Positions 49,860-64,000 of a stretch of 64,000 nucleotides of DNA are shown here, one piece after another (the stretch's first letter is position 1; each line of letters opens with the position of its first letter). Source of the stretch: Eledone cirrhosa (lineage: Eukaryota); contig OZ024743.1 in the NCBI GenBank assembly GCA_964016885.1, positions 291,462,001 through 291,526,000 of the forward strand. The letters are read 5' to 3'. A program made the position numbers and the translations under genes. The notes below the pieces were generated by a model, which worked only from the letters and a program-made list of their open reading frames with translations, was not told the origin of the DNA and made no database searches.

Positions 49860-51410
49860 ATCGACCGGCGGAGGAGAGGCCGGAAATATTTCAGGTTGCG
49901 TCTGTTCCCATTATTTCCATTGCGTCGACCTGCCCCGATAAGACACGAATGCGCTCTCAACATGGAATAGAACTACATACGCCGTTTCCCCATTTCTGTG
50001 CAGTTGCGACCATCTACCACACCATCACTCGTCTCAGTTGATTTCGGAAAATTCAGCAAGCACCCCAGAGGCCGGTGATCGATGCGCTCGCATCTTCAAT
50101 TGTGAAATCTCTCTATTCCGATTGACACAATTTTTCGCGAGCGAATATATTATTTTACCGCAACAACGCTTCGGCTTTCCCAACAGTGACAGCTTGTAAA
50201 GAACGACTCTAGTGAAGGCCACCATTTTGTGCCCACAGTCCTCCTCCGCTCATGCGAGTTCATATGATTACGTGAAAGTGTGACCGTCAACCCCATAGAG
50301 GGTGACGTCTTGGACTCTGTCAGAATAATCATCTCTAATGACTCCGGCTTCTATCTCAACGACGAAGTCTTGGTCACTCTCCAGCTCAAACATCCTGAGC
50401 CACCTGCAGACCCATATCTCCGCCTGACTCTCACGTTATAGGTGTCCTTCGAGCAAGACATAATTTATGCCTTGAGGCTTTTCCTTATCATCTGCTATGG
50501 GTGTGTCGATGGTTTCGGACACGTTTACCTCAAAGACGTTTTCGATAAACTCACTCATAAAGCCACATTATGAGCACAACTGTGGCTCTTATTATCAGAT
50601 ATATCCATTCTTCATGGACCCTTATTCCTGGGGTCTTTTCCTTTCGGCTCGCTCTCAGAGAGACAAGTGGTGCCATACGCCCAATCGCTGACTTCCGGAG
50701 ACTCACACACAAGGTCACCTGCAAGGCTGTCACAGCCAAACAAGGCGAGGAAATCTGACAGTTGCAGCTTGGTGTTATCGTGGCCAGTGTTGGTGAGGGG
50801 TCAATGCGACACGGTATCGAGGGATTCCAGGGACCTCATTTTCCAGCTTGACATAAGGAATACCTTCAACTGTCTGCGCCACGACCACTTATTCGAGGCT
50901 TGCCTCAGACATGCCATTCTCCTACCCACATGTAACTTACAACGCACAGGGCTTTGTGACCTCCGTGCCGGACGTAATCATTATTCCCCCAGGTGCAATA
51001 GACCTCTAAAGATGATCCCCTTAACCTTGGTTCACCGAACCTTGCGCTTAACATTCGCTCTCGGCTCCAGGCTTCTCCAGTTTGAAAATGTGAAGGGCAG
51101 AATGAACCTGATCGATGCACATTCGGTACTTCTCCTGTTAAGGAAGTATTTTGCTACGTAGAAGATTCTCTACAACTTCCACCCCCTTCTACAGCCGCGT
51201 ATCAGACCTCAAAGACTGTATCCGACGCTTACTGAGGAGATATACAACTTCCGGTTTCATGTTATCGGATGGCAACAGACCATGTTATCCGCCTAATGTG
51301 CTGGTCATGATTTCCGCCTTGTCTTACTTGCATGTCCACAATAACAGAGTTATCTAAATCACAACGGAACCTACCGTGACCGGCAAATGCAAGATAGCAG
51401 CCGTCCAATC
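49860..51410 (+). pseudogene. Degraded CRE-like non-LTR RT fragment
   Basis: GAIRPIADFRRL (cf. CRE GGIRPIAVGxxlRRL), QLGV, QLDIRNTFNCLRHD (cf. KLDFxNAFNsi.R) and DAHSVLLLLR. Many indels. Confidence 0.7.
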
Positions 51411-51429
51411 CCAACAAAACAAATACTGC

Positions 51430-51745
51430 ATTCTTCTTCTTTTTCTTTTCCTTCTTCTTCTTCTTCTTCTTCTTCTTCTTCTTCTTCTTCTTCATGGAGT
51501 TATGCCCCTTTACATTCTTACTTTAAATCCCGCCGAGGTTAACTTTGCCTTTCATCCTTACGGGTTCGATAAATAAAGCACCGGGGTCGATCTAATCGAC
51601 TTTCTCCGCACCCAAAAATTGCTGGCCTGGTGCCTACACTAGAAATCATTCTTCTTCTTCTTCTTCTTCTTCTTCTTCTTCTTCTTCTTCTTCTTCTTCT
51701 TCTTCTTCTTCTTCTTCTTCTTCTTCTTCTTCTTCTTCTTCTTCA
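51430..51745 (+). repeat. (CTT)n microsatellite containing a 5'-truncated SINE of a longer subfamily (~51505-51646)
   Basis: The SINE body retains the GGGGTCGATCTAATCGAC segment absent from the 185-bp copies. Confidence 0.85.
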
Positions 51746-54700
51746 GGGTGTCGTGGGGACAAAGTCCTCAAACACTACTTCCAGCAGGTCCTGTCAAAAA
51801 CAACCGTCTCCATCCGGTCCAGCTGGATTCCAAAGCCTCACCAACCAAGTTCATGGATGTTATCCTACACGCTACTCATGGTTTACCCCTGGGTCTTGTA
51901 CCTGTTAGGTTTCTCCATAAAATATGTCTAGTGATTCTATCCTGAGACATTCTAACTACATGGCATGAGGCAGACTGACTTTTCATATTCATCACGTGAA
52001 TTTCCTTATTAATAAACGTAATGCAATGTCAGATAATTCGAGCCAAATTTCGATTATGTATTCTATGATCTATTTATCTAACTGTCAATTTATCTTTTTT
52101 GATTCAGTATATGAAATAGTTTCACTCAAGTTATACATGCGATACTCACATATATTAATATGTTATGTCCTCTACCACATGTGTAGTAAATATACACAAC
52201 TCGACTGTCATTTCTTTGTGTATATATTTATATATTTATATTTATTATATTTATTTATAGATGCTTTGCAATGTAAAATGTGGATGCGTACTGGCAATCT
52301 CTATACCAGTATTCCGGCACAGTTCCGACTTGGTTGGTATTGTTCGCAAACATTCGTGATCGGATCATCCTATATATCCTCCTCTTCACCTTTTGACATC
52401 AATGGTATGAGTAAAAGAAATAAAATGGCTTTTGAGCAAATACAGCGCCATTTATTTTATTTATACATTCATATTTATATTATGTTATTATCATACAAAG
52501 AACGAATGACATTTCCTTTCCATAAGAGTTTTGTTTAACAACGGATTTGTAAGACACACACTGCAAATTTCATATCAATTGAAAGGACATTTTTCATTAA
52601 GCATCCAGCTGTAATCTTCTAGTACAATGGTGTCACATTTGCTGGATTTAAAGTGTTTTTAGTCGCCCTACAATAAAACCAAAACATATAAAGTCAACAA
52701 CCACGTAGGAAATAGGACATTAAAGTTTGAAAATACATACAAAAATGAAAATGTTACCTGATAATGCAGACGAATACATGACTAGTAAGCGTAAATGATC
52801 ATAATTTTCAAATGCCATCTTTTTCATAAATCTAGCTTTTGATTTCCACGCATTAACCCTATATTCCATATATGTGATCAGTATTTTTTAGATAATCTCA
52901 ACGCAAATATGTTAACAAATGAATGACCAATAAAAACATTATTTCTTACTGACTAAACAAATTGAGACGAAAACGAGAATTCACAATTTTAATGCGATTT
53001 AGTCGTGCATTACACAAACCTATGAAATCAATGCATGGCAAATAATGTTGCTTTCTTTCTCTATTGAGTCGTTTCCCATTAATTATTTTATCATCAATCC
53101 ACTTATTTATTTTATATTCCTCCTCATTATTTTCTTTTATGCTCTATGTAATTCTCATTTCTCCCAGTCTCTCTCACTCTTTCTCTCTGTCTATCACTTT
53201 ATCTCCCTCTCGCTCTCTCAGGCCCTCTTTCGTATATATATGTATATTTAGAATTCGCTGTCTATCGCTATATCTCTATCCGTTTCCTTGTTTACTTAGA
53301 AGTATCTCATATATAATCACCTCCATTATTTTTGTTAACTTACTGGAAATATAACATATGAAATGGTTGAGAGAGGGGAAAGTGAATTGTGTCACACGTA
53401 GACTCGACTGTATTGCATTTTGGGCATATTTCAATCGGACCTCAGTGTTAGATTATTACTTCATCGTTTGTCCGTTGAAATTGTTATTGAACTATCTACT
53501 TTTTTTCTTTTGCAAACGATCAATGTGTGTTTTGTAATTATTATACAATTATTATAATGGTGGAAAATTGACATTGTAATTAGAACGTCGGATTAAAGGC
53601 ATCATGGTATTTATTTGTGTTTCTGTGATATGACTTCATATGTATCTTTCATCCTTTCAGTGTTGATAAATCAATTACACGTTTATGGTCATATCCTTGC
53701 AAAATTTGTTTGTGCGCTGGACCTGATGCCTTGTCATAATTCTTTTAGATATTTGAAATCTGAGTTGTTATTGATGTCAATAGTATCAGTCGTAGGCTTT
53801 CTATGGATCACATCAATGCGGTAGAAGGGAAATTTGTCCATGCTTGAAACGGCTTCTGGTCTTACAGGAAACATGTTATCCATGCCTGCACCTTTGAGGA
53901 TAATCTTCTATGTTCAGAGCCATTGATTCATCTGTCATATTGATGCACATAGAACTGTTTAGCACGAATTCTCTATATAAATACTGTTCATGCTTTAATA
54001 ATCTCAGTTTCAAAGAGTTGTAGAGCAAGGTAAGTTTAGATAAAGCAAAAATATTCTTGATTCAACATGCCTTAGTGCGGAGAAGCACTGTTTTTATTTA
54101 AATAGCCTACTCACTTGAATTGCATTATCTATGGTTTCGTACATATTAGTGATGTAAGCATTATTTGGCTGTTTCCCAGAGTGAATTATCCTCTAGGTTG
54201 TGACACTATTTCGTTCACTGCTGCATATATAATCATGAGAAATAAAACAGAATCGAAAATCAGTAAGTAAAGAATAAGTAAATGCATTGTTCGGCAATCT
54301 AATTATGTCACACTTTTCAATCATAGTTTCCGTCAAATCAATTTCGTAGGTCACCAGGAAGCCATGACAACGGCACTTGCCTAAAAGTCCACGCAATAAG
54401 TTCAAACATAGGCCCTCAGCTTTTTGGGGCAAAACTTCTTATCTTCCCAGTCATGATTAGCTTAATATACATCAAATTATATTTGACTAAGAGAGGGTTT
54501 TAATATAAAAATAATTATACATATATCAGACATTCTCCAGAGTCAAGCTATCCAAAATATATGTTTTTTAGTAAATAACTTAATAGCTGTCTACTGACGT
54601 GCTTCGTATGGAAATCAACCCATAGCAAATCTTTGAAAAAAGAAACAGCTGAATCCAACATTTTAAACTACTAACAGCATTCGCCAGTAACTTAAGACCA

Positions 54701-55410
54701 TAAAAGAGATAAGCGTTTCGAGAAAACGCACAATGATATGCTTGTGAAATATAAAAATCATTCGGCAATGTAAATTTTCGTATTTACTTTAAAAATTAAA
54801 TGATAAAATGTATTGAAATTGAAATAATATTGATTTTTGATATGTTAACACAAGACTAGCATGGGTCTGAAAAAATTAAAAATAATTTGGCGAATCCCCA
54901 AATATTTAACTGTACACCAAATTAGTAGTAAAATATGAAAGCGATTTCGCTAAGATCGAGCAATACTAAAGAAACGATTTGTTTACATATCTGTCAATAT
55001 CTTACCATGAAAAATCTTTGTTCATCAACATAAAAATATTTCATCTAACCTTGACAGACACTATCGTAAATCAATCATATTGCAAATGACAACAAAACAA
55101 ACCATTTCCTTGCATTCTACAAACATGGAAATCGATGAATGGAAAAACTAAAAAGGTGCGAAAAAATAAGACAACACAAATATGTATGGATAATGTTGAA
55201 CAGATTGTAACGCATGCAGAAATTACAAACGGATATAAGCTCATATATATTTGGCGAAAATATAATTAGAAGAAATATCGTCTGGTTAATTTCCGGATAA
55301 ACTTCTCTAAGTTTGGATAAGAAAATAAATATTTTACATGGCTTTGAAAAATGAGATCATTTGAGTCAATGGCATTTTACAATAAACATTTTTACGTATG
55401 CGTATGTATT

Positions 55411-55449
<39 letters not shown>

Positions 55450-55460
55450 GCGTGTGTGTG

Positions 55461-55650
55461 CATCCCGGGTTCAATCGGGGGTAACCACAGTAATTAAGGT
55501 ACTCAATACATAGCAGAGTATAAATATGTAATATAGAAATGGCTTCTACAGGACTAGAACTGGTTCATTCGAAGGAAATCATCTGGGCTTTCCTGATGAT
55601 TTACTTCGACTGAAACTGCTCTAGTCCTTTAGAAGCCATTTCTATCTTAA
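55461..55650. mobile_element. Head-to-head fold-back of the family F HHR pLTR (degenerate HHRs at 55541-55586 minus and 55586-55637 plus)
   Basis: Plus copy: GGCUUUC-CUGAUGA-...-GAAA-...-UA-GAAGCC. Its inverted copy lies immediately to the left. The left arm extends into sequence matching 12425-12470. Confidence 0.75.
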
Positions 55651-55690
55651 ATATATATATATATATATATGTGTGTATATGTATGTATGT

Positions 55691-55734
<44 letters not shown>

Positions 55735-56115
55735 CATGGATTCTCCAAGGCAGGAACTGTTTCATTCGTTCACCCCTCCCCTCATTGCATCTACTTCATA
55801 TTCCTCTTACTGTTATTATTATCCCTCCATTTATTATACCTTGACGCCATCGTTTCCGATACCACATGCTTCTATCCCCCCCCCCCCACTCATCAACCCT
55901 ACTCAATTACATTTCTCGACACTCATCTCCAATGTTGGCTGACTTTACCAAACGAATGTAAGAATTCTAGTTCTTCAGAAAACATTTCTAAATAAAATAA
56001 AGTTGCCTATATTATTGAGTTCCCTTTTCTCCCTGTGTTCAACTCCCGATAGCCATACTATATCGGGAACCCACCCATTACACACACACACACACATACT
56101 CCCACGTTTATATAT

Positions 56116-56774
56116 ATGGTCATACATAATAGGTTAAATTCTCAAGACTAGTGTTACACTGTTTCATTAAGCAAGGCCCTTCATTCCACGTTGCTCAAAT
56201 CTAATCAGCTTAAAATAACTGAAGCGGACAGGCCTCCTCACATTATTGAACAGTTATTTACATTTGTGAGATGTGGATTTAAACAATTGACAGGTGCAAG
56301 TCATCACTCTATGTTCAAATTTGACATGGTCAAATTTTCTTTTCCCGTTTCGGGGTCGATTTAACAGGGAACCAGTTGTCAAAATCGGTTGACTGATTGG
56401 TAGAAGGGTTAATGCGGCGGATGGAATGCCATGCTATATTTGTTTCGATAAATTGTCTTCTGTATTTAGATAAATTTGGTCCCTTCTACCAATTAGTCAC
56501 CCGCTTTTGACAACTGTTTCTCTGTTAAATCGACCCTGAAAGGGGAAAAGAAAATTTAACTATGGCACAATTTGAACTTAGAATGATGACCTGCACCTGT
56601 CGATGGTTTAAATCCACATCTCGCAAATGTAAATAACTGTTCAGTAATGTGAGGAGGCCTGTCCGCTTCAGTTATTTTAAGCTGATTAGATTTGAGCAAC
56701 GTGAAATGAAGGGCCTAGCTCAATGAAACAGTATAACACTAGGCTTGAGAATTTAACCTATTATTTATGACCAT
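56116..56774. repeat. ~660-bp fold-back built from diverged SINE-like sequence
   Basis: 56116-56408 is the reverse complement of 56481-56774 with scattered substitutions. Arms contain SINE-like GTTCAAAT...TTTCGGGGTCGAT segments. Confidence 0.85.
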
Positions 56775-59700
56775 GAAGCAAACTCACGCTCCTTTTACCT
56801 ACATAACTGAGCAGTAGTAGGTTACATCCTTCGTTATTTTCTTGGCGAGAAAGGGACTACCACTAAATGATTTTTGTACATTCTACAGCCGAATTCACAT
56901 ACTTTCTCTTTTTTTTATATGTGTATAAGTTATTATTTTGGTTCCGAGCAAGTGCTGGATATTTGCAGATTAATTAGAACGTTGGAGAATGCATTGTATG
57001 TAAATCACGTTGAGATCAAATTCGTCTTGCGTTCTTCTGGAGCTTTAAAATATATATAGTTCTGGTATTAATCAAATTGACTTAAGCTCTACTGAAATTG
57101 CCTTCTGAGTAGATTGCAAATCATTATTTTTGGGTTAATTACTATTTTCCGTCTTCAGTTACTGCCAATATCGTTGACGTTCATCCCTTAAAGATCCCTA
57201 AATAAACCATTAATAATAGACCTATGTTAATTTATAAACATCTTCCCATCCTTTTACTTTATAGAATTGTATTTGTATTAGAATTTATTTATGATAGCCA
57301 ATCGATTAGCAGAAACATTACATTTTAACATATTATTTATTGTAAATTTTGAGAGTTCTTTTTGGAATGAGTGGGCTTAAATACAACCGCAAGTAAATTT
57401 GAGCATTTCGGAAGTGATAGAATAAGAGACGGCCATCTTCTGTAATGGTTGACTATAGCGCTTGTATAGATAAATCTATCCAGCGCGCATGCTTTGGAAA
57501 TATGCTTTGTGGATTGTCAGTATTCGCCAAGTCAGCAAGTCACCCTCGCTCTGGGTAGATATATTGAGCAAACACAGCTTCGTAACAGCGACATCCCTGC
57601 CAAACTCAGAACGCAAATAACCAAATGAAATACCATAAGACAACAGATTGAATTAATTAACAATTCCACTAATCCACCGCCCAGAATTCGTACATTATAT
57701 TATCTACCCTGAATGAAAGATAGACGGATTGAAACTTAGAGAGCCGGTACAATTATCGCAAACACACGCAATTTGACGCCTTAATATCTCTTCAAATGCG
57801 CTCCCACTAGAATTCGTATCAGTCTAGTATTGTGGAGGTATATAACTGTTCGTTTCTAGCCTTGTTCATATCATATAAATCAATATTAAGCGGAACATAT
57901 AGAATACTGGCAAACGGTGAAGTGAATATGACTTCAATTTATGATTAAGTTTGTATTTTAGATTAGCTGTGATAGTTTTTAGAATAATTCTATTGATTAA
58001 TGTATCAACGTAAGGCTTTTCGCAGTATGTGGAAATATTTCAATATGATATTATAACCTTGTAATAGGTTTTCCCTAATACATATGTCCACTCTCCCATA
58101 TTCTCTTATTTTGATATCCCTTTTTTTTAAAAACTAATTCTAAAAGCGTTTTGTTCAGTTTTCACTCAGAGGAAATTCATTATTTCAAGATTGGACATTA
58201 ATTTAAGCCAATGAAAACGGAGGACAAATTCTCACCGTTGTTTAATGACCATCCGAAGTAATTAGAGACGAAGATTTACGACTGAAAATGTTCAGTTTCT
58301 AGATTGTTATTGGAATAAATTAAAGTAACATTAAGTATAAATCTAAAACATAGAAAAAAAAACATTGTGAAAACTGTAACACACAAACCATGTGCGTACA
58401 CTTATGCACACTCGTAAATGCACATATATGAGCTTACACAAAACTAAACAATATAAAACACATGCTTCTATAAACAGATAGGAAAGAAAAGTAAAAACAT
58501 TAAAAAGAAAGCGCGATATAGTTATAAAATATATTTAAATTTTCAAGCGAATAAAAGTAAAACGCATTTAAATTAACAAAATATCCAGAGAAAACAAATC
58601 AATACAACAACAAAAAACAGAGTTATGAAGTTCAGTCAATTAAACTAAAGCGAAACATCCTTTATGTATTAATTTTATTAGATAGAGTAACGTCGTCGAT
58701 AAAGCAGGGAAATGAGAGAAACATACGATATATTTGTAAAATTAATCTGGGGCTTTAGATTCCATATTTAATTATTACTTTATGGATTCATAAATTTGTT
58801 TAATGCATTCGCTGTGACAATTTATAACCAAGTTATTATGAAAGCGCAGAATTGCAGTGCGCTGTGCAGCTAGTGTATCAGATTGCTTCCTCTGTTGGCA
58901 GTGGTTCGTATCTTTTCTCGGTTGCTGCCTGTGCCCGGCGAAGCGACATTTATTTCGGTACAAACGATTTTAATGATGCTTGACTTGATGAATTTGAAGT
59001 CGCATGGCCTAGAAATTGTCAAGGCACACGACCTAATTGTTGTAAAGATGTGCTATTTAGTGTGTGTTTGAACTCTAAACAAACATACACGTTGGTGTAG
59101 TCACCGGTTTCATTCTCCGACCGGGCAGCCCAAAGTGTTTTTGAGTGAGGCACCATATTTGACGGAATGTCAGTAAACCCAACTGGAATAAATTAATATC
59201 AGCATTTGCTAGCATTCAATTATCCGACTATAATTGAAACAAGTACCTTTGGGACAACATTTAATAAACGCCTATACATATGAAGCACTATAAGTCAGAA
59301 TGAAAAACTATAACGTGTTAAAGCTGAAAAACCTCAAAATGGGGTTATTGTTTTTTTTTCTTTTGTTAGTACAATGCAAAGAACTTCTAAATGTAAAGCT
59401 CATTCATACTTGTACTTGAATGGTATGGCTGAGATTCAATGGAATTTGAAGCAATGACAATAATTCAAAGAGAAAAATATAAATAAGTATATTTTAGATC
59501 TAGCTGCAAATAAGTATCATATTTGTGGGATTTGTTCCAGCTCTCTACGCTGTGATTTCAAATCCAACCGACATCATCTAAGACATTCATAATTCATATG
59601 TCGATAAAAAATAATCTACCAACCTTGAGCAGACGATTGGTAGAATTATTAGGTGAGATGCCTGGTGATATCCATTCTGGTTTTCTTTTGTATGTGTTCA

Positions 59701-60689
59701 GAGTTCAAATCCAGGTGTGATCTATTTGGCCGGTATACCTTATTAGTCTCCAGATTTACAACCACCACATCCCTTTTTGTCGTGAATTCTTCCAAGTCCA
59801 CTCTTTTGCAAGCATTCGAATATTTCAGGTGCTGAAAATTAGGAAATCATAATCAGCACATACTTATTCTCTTTGATTATACAACAAAGAAAATGTGTTA
59901 TTGCTTTCAGGAAGTTAGTCAGTAATTTATGAAATATTGTTTTATCATAAAATGTTGCTGTATCAGTAACACAAAATATAAACTGGAAGAAACAAAGAGA
60001 AAAGGGGAAATTTGGAGAGGGTATTGTACACCTCCGAATACACAGCATGTGCATATCTCAGTTGTGTTATAAATGCATGATAACAAAAGCATTGTCACTG
60101 AGAACAGTCAACGTTGCAGACTGCATTAACCATTTCGTGTTACTGTACTCCCTCCTCGGACTAGATGCCATCATTTATTTTTCATGCAAGAAAATGGCAG
60201 TCTAGAGGCCGAGGTCTACTCAGGAAAGATTGGTGTCTTGTACAAAAAAGGTGTCGATCAACCAATGCGTGGTAGTTGATCATCTATCCAACGTCTGTCT
60301 GGTTTCCGGGAGGCAGACTGCATGTTTGTAGCGGAATAGAGGGGTTGGCAACGTTAAAGGTGAATCATGGGTTCTAATGGCTTGTAGTAAATTGTTGTAT
60401 GCATTCGTTTCTACAGAAAAAAACTTATGTTTCACACTTAGTTATATAAAATATCAAGATATTCTAGAATATTGTGTGAAACTCTTCATATAATAATACG
60501 GTGGCTAAATATATTAATGTTCTATTACATTATAACTTGAATAATTACTAATCAAGGCCAGCTAGTTGTAAATATGTACTATTAATTAGATAAACCATAT
60601 GTACTATTAATTAGATAAAGCATTTTAAAACCATGCTGACCAGCATATATACAACGTATAAACTATATATATGCATATAATCCATATAC

Positions 60690-61235
60690 ATACATGCGTG
60701 TATGTATATATTTAATGATTATTGTTTTGAATAACCTCTGTAATTTTCGTTCTACTAATTTATTTACATTATTCTTAACTCTGAATCCGAGAATCATTCA
60801 GTTTCCTAAATAGAATATTAGTCTACGACTTCAGCTATACCATATACGTCGTTTTGTCTTTGCGTGTAATTGTCCGCATCGCTCCACATAATGACTTATT
60901 ATCTTCGCTTTTTTCCGTGCATTGCCAGGGAACATCTCCACGAACTACCTAATAGAATATTAGTCTACGACTTCAGTTATACCATAAACATGGTTTTGTC
61001 TTTGCCTGTAATTGTTCTCACCGTTCCACATAAGGGCATATTGTGTTCGCTTTTTTCCTTTCATTGCCAGGCAACGTCTACACGAACCAAAGTATCGTCT
61101 TCCTGTTTTCCTTCAGTTGCAACCTTTTTCGAAATAGATACTTCTGCGTTCACAGATTGATTTTTTTAGTTTCATAAGATCCCGTTAAGGGTGAAAGCAG
61201 CGATTCTTTGCTTATACTTTAATCTGTTATTTTAA
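60690..61235 (+). repeat. Second copy of the 15335-15848 element
   Basis: Colinear, including the 142-bp internal duplication. Confidence 0.8.
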
Positions 61236-61664
61236 TAAATATTTGCTCTGGGGTTCTTATATATTTCATATATATTTATCCTTATCGAGACCTCTTTGGA
61301 TTTTAGTCTTCACATTTATTACCTATATATCTAAAACAGATAATGTCTGTCTGTCTGTCTGACTCACTAAAACTCGAGAACCACCCAACCGATGTTTTTA
61401 TATACACGCATCCATATACGTACATACACGTGCAAATGTGAAAACACCCGCCATGCATGCATAAACATTCACGTACACGTAATCACGCGCACACATACAT
61501 AAACCCGCACGACACATATACCAGTATATATAATATAATATATACACCTATAACAAATACAAGCATACGTACGAGAAAGTATACGTCCCTTCACAAAATA
61601 TATGGGTAAGATATACTTACGTACACAAATAAGTAATGGTATAAACATAAAATATACTTAGCTA

Positions 61665-62927
61665 CCACATCAAGACGTAAACTCTCCGCGTATTGTACTA
61701 TCCGTTATGGTATAATGTGGGACTGTAATACAGGAAACTTTATGCAATTTGTGTTTACAAGCCGAAATTGCCTCAGATTCTTTGTTTAAGATGTGGTCAT
61801 TGGCGTAGAGTATTTCAAGGGCTTCAGCGGCGCAAATATCGCATGGTCTTTTATTTCCATTATACGATCTGGCTTTAGCTAGGATCTCCCTGTGTAACTT
61901 ATATCGCTTCTGGTTGTCTTTTAGACGCCAGATATAAGCTGAAAGTGACGTCATATTCCTTGTTAAGGGGTTAAGAAAAAGAATGGGCGTGCATGTAAAG
62001 ACGCAGCTTAATCTATTGGCGGTTAACCCTATGTAGCGATTACGGGACGTGGGTGTTTCGACCTCACATTTGTAGACAATGTTACTGGAGAGGCATGTCC
62101 CGAATAGAGGGCAGTCAACCCGATTCCTATAATTACAGTTAGTACTCGCTACAGGGTTGCACGTGTTACTACGGCTAGGTAATTTAGCTAAATTTGAAGC
62201 AGTGATATGTGCAAGGTTAAGAGTCGTAGAGTAAGATATTTTAATGGTATTTCTATTTTTAAATGTTATTATATTTATGTGCTGAGGGGAAATGCTTCTT
62301 AATAAGGGAGAGAAAGATCTTAGATAATGGTGTAGCCTCCTCCATATTATATGGTGTGTTATACCATATAATGCGTTAGGATCTATTTTTCCTTGGTCTA
62401 TGCTCATACTTAGTATATATATGCTACCTTATCGACAAATCCACTCCGAGCAAGAGCTTCATTGTAATACGTGGAATGATCGGTGATAATATGCCCGTTA
62501 GTAGATATATGGGAAAGCCTGAAAGAAAAGTTTCTTAACAGGTTTTTGGTTATGTTGGCAGGATGATTAGAATCCTTACTTATGTAATTAAGAGTATGAT
62601 TCGGCTTTCTCTACCTGTAGTGCAAGCTATTAGACCAAGTTAGGGTAACGTTGAGGTAATTAACGAGTTTGGCCTCAAACTGTATGGAGAGGTTGAAGCC
62701 TTTAAAGAAGGCTGTGAGTTCTTTTCTGAACCTGTCGCAAGCGCGTGGACCGCATTTTGTCATGGTCAAAATAGCGTCATCTAGGTACACACCACCACCC
62801 ACGTTGGTGAATTCTTCCTTGATAGAGAAAAGAAGGAAAAGGCCGATAAGATCAGTAACCTCTGCCGAATCACTGGCGCCCATACTCACGTCGAATGGGG
62901 TATTATTAGATTGTTTTATCCAAATAG
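61665..62927 (-). mobile_element. Penelope-like element (Hydra-clade-like), 5'-truncated RT + GIY-YIG pseudogene
   Basis: RT motifs SMGASDSAEVTDLIG, VYLDDAI and VNYLNVTL. Linker CNYRNRVDCPLFGTCL. EN IVYKCEV...YIGLT, then CDIC and CKH. Confidence 0.9.
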
Positions 62928-63850
62928 AATATTCGATAAATATTCCGTTGTGGCCGACGCGAAGGGCTAATTTCGGTTATTTGTTGGAGATTTCTTCATA
63001 GAAGCCTCATTCTTATAGCCTCGTCTATTCGATTTTTTTATATAGTTAATTATGCTAATTGGGAGAGGAAATGTATATATTTTATATTGTGATTCTATAG
63101 ACATGTTTTATGATATATAGCTCTGATTATTTAATTTATTATTTTTTCATTGAGCCACAAAGTGACCCGTTGCAAAACACGTATATGTATATATATATAT
63201 ATGTAACTTTTTATATGTAATAATCACCCATTAGGTTGAGATACAAATTTGGCTGTATTGTGCTGTGCTTTCTAGCAAAAAGGCCACCAGTCGTAAGCAA
63301 CTACCACACCCCTTCCAACCTGACCGCGACTACGTTACGATACTTAGCCATTTTGAATGAATTCTTGGCGATCATTTTGGAAAATGTAGTGTCTAGATAA
63401 GAGCAAATCTCCTGATGAATCCGGTGCTCGAGGTTATATAATTATTACATAATTATTGGAAAGCTCAAAATGCGGATGAAACCATGGTAGAGGTTATTAA
63501 ATGTATTCTATTTTCTCCTAGTTTATTTTACATATAATTCTGTTTAGTTGACTGTATCAGGGCGATTACGCTGTCGAAATATTCGATAAATATTCCGTTG
63601 TGGCCGACGCGAAGGGCTAATTTCGGTTATTTGTTGGAGATTTCTTCATAGAAGCCTCATTCTTATAGCCTGGTCTATTCGATTTTTTATATAGTTAATT
63701 ATGCTAATTGGGAGAGGAAATGGTATATATTTTATCTTGTGATTCTATAGACATGTTTTATGATATATAGCTCTGATTATTTAATTTATTAGTTTTTCAT
63801 TGAGCCACAAAGTGACCCGTTGCAAAACACGTATATGTATATATATGTAT
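62928..63850 (+). repeat. 650-bp-period partial tandem (pLTR-like) with an HHR, joined head-to-head to the PLE ORF
   Basis: ATTCGATAAATATTCCGTTGTGGCC at 62931 and 63581. About 270 bp is duplicated. Ends in (TA)n. Confidence 0.88.
63407..63494 (+). ncRNA. Type I hammerhead (family E) with 49-nt insertion in stem II
   Basis: AUCUC-CUGAUGA-AUCCG-[49 nt]-CGGAU-GAAA-CCAUGG-UA-GAGGU. Palindromic stem III ACCAUGGU. Confidence 0.82.
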
Positions 63851-63877
63851 ATGTAAACGTTTATATATATATATATT

Positions 63878-63930
<53 letters not shown>

Positions 63931-64000
63931 GTATATATAGTATATTTGGCAATATACTGTATGCTTAATTAAAAGCATTTTGAATTCCCTGCGATATTAT

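Overview
This is AT-rich, microsatellite-riddled eukaryotic DNA with no recognisable host gene. The recurring ~185-bp tRNA-derived SINE resembles the Octopus SINE families as I recall them, so the source is probably an octopodid cephalopod (inference). Almost everything interpretable is retroelement debris. It includes four Penelope-like elements (PLEs: one Neptune/Nematis-like, three Hydra-clade-like), an RTE LINE with short copies, a CR1 LINE, three CRE-like fragments, Gypsy remnants, SINEs and two RTE-5'UTR-derived non-autonomous elements. The most notable hidden layer is RNA-level: about 20 type I hammerhead ribozyme (HHR) motifs or relics from about 8 sequence families, found by manual folding. 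Most have palindromic (dimer-type) stem III, and variants include U3-A8, C4, a U.U pair at the base of stem II and a 49-nt stem II insertion. They sit in non-coding tandem and fold-back elements inserted in (TA)n. The clearest case is a young 521-bp tandem unit with one HHR per unit (a retrozyme-like candidate circRNA) arranged as a head-to-head palindrome at 16195-18378. Every orientable fold-back has its 3' ends pointing outward, and two RTE copies show L1-style twin-priming 5' inversions. All folds and alignments were done by eye, and coordinates may be off by a few bases.
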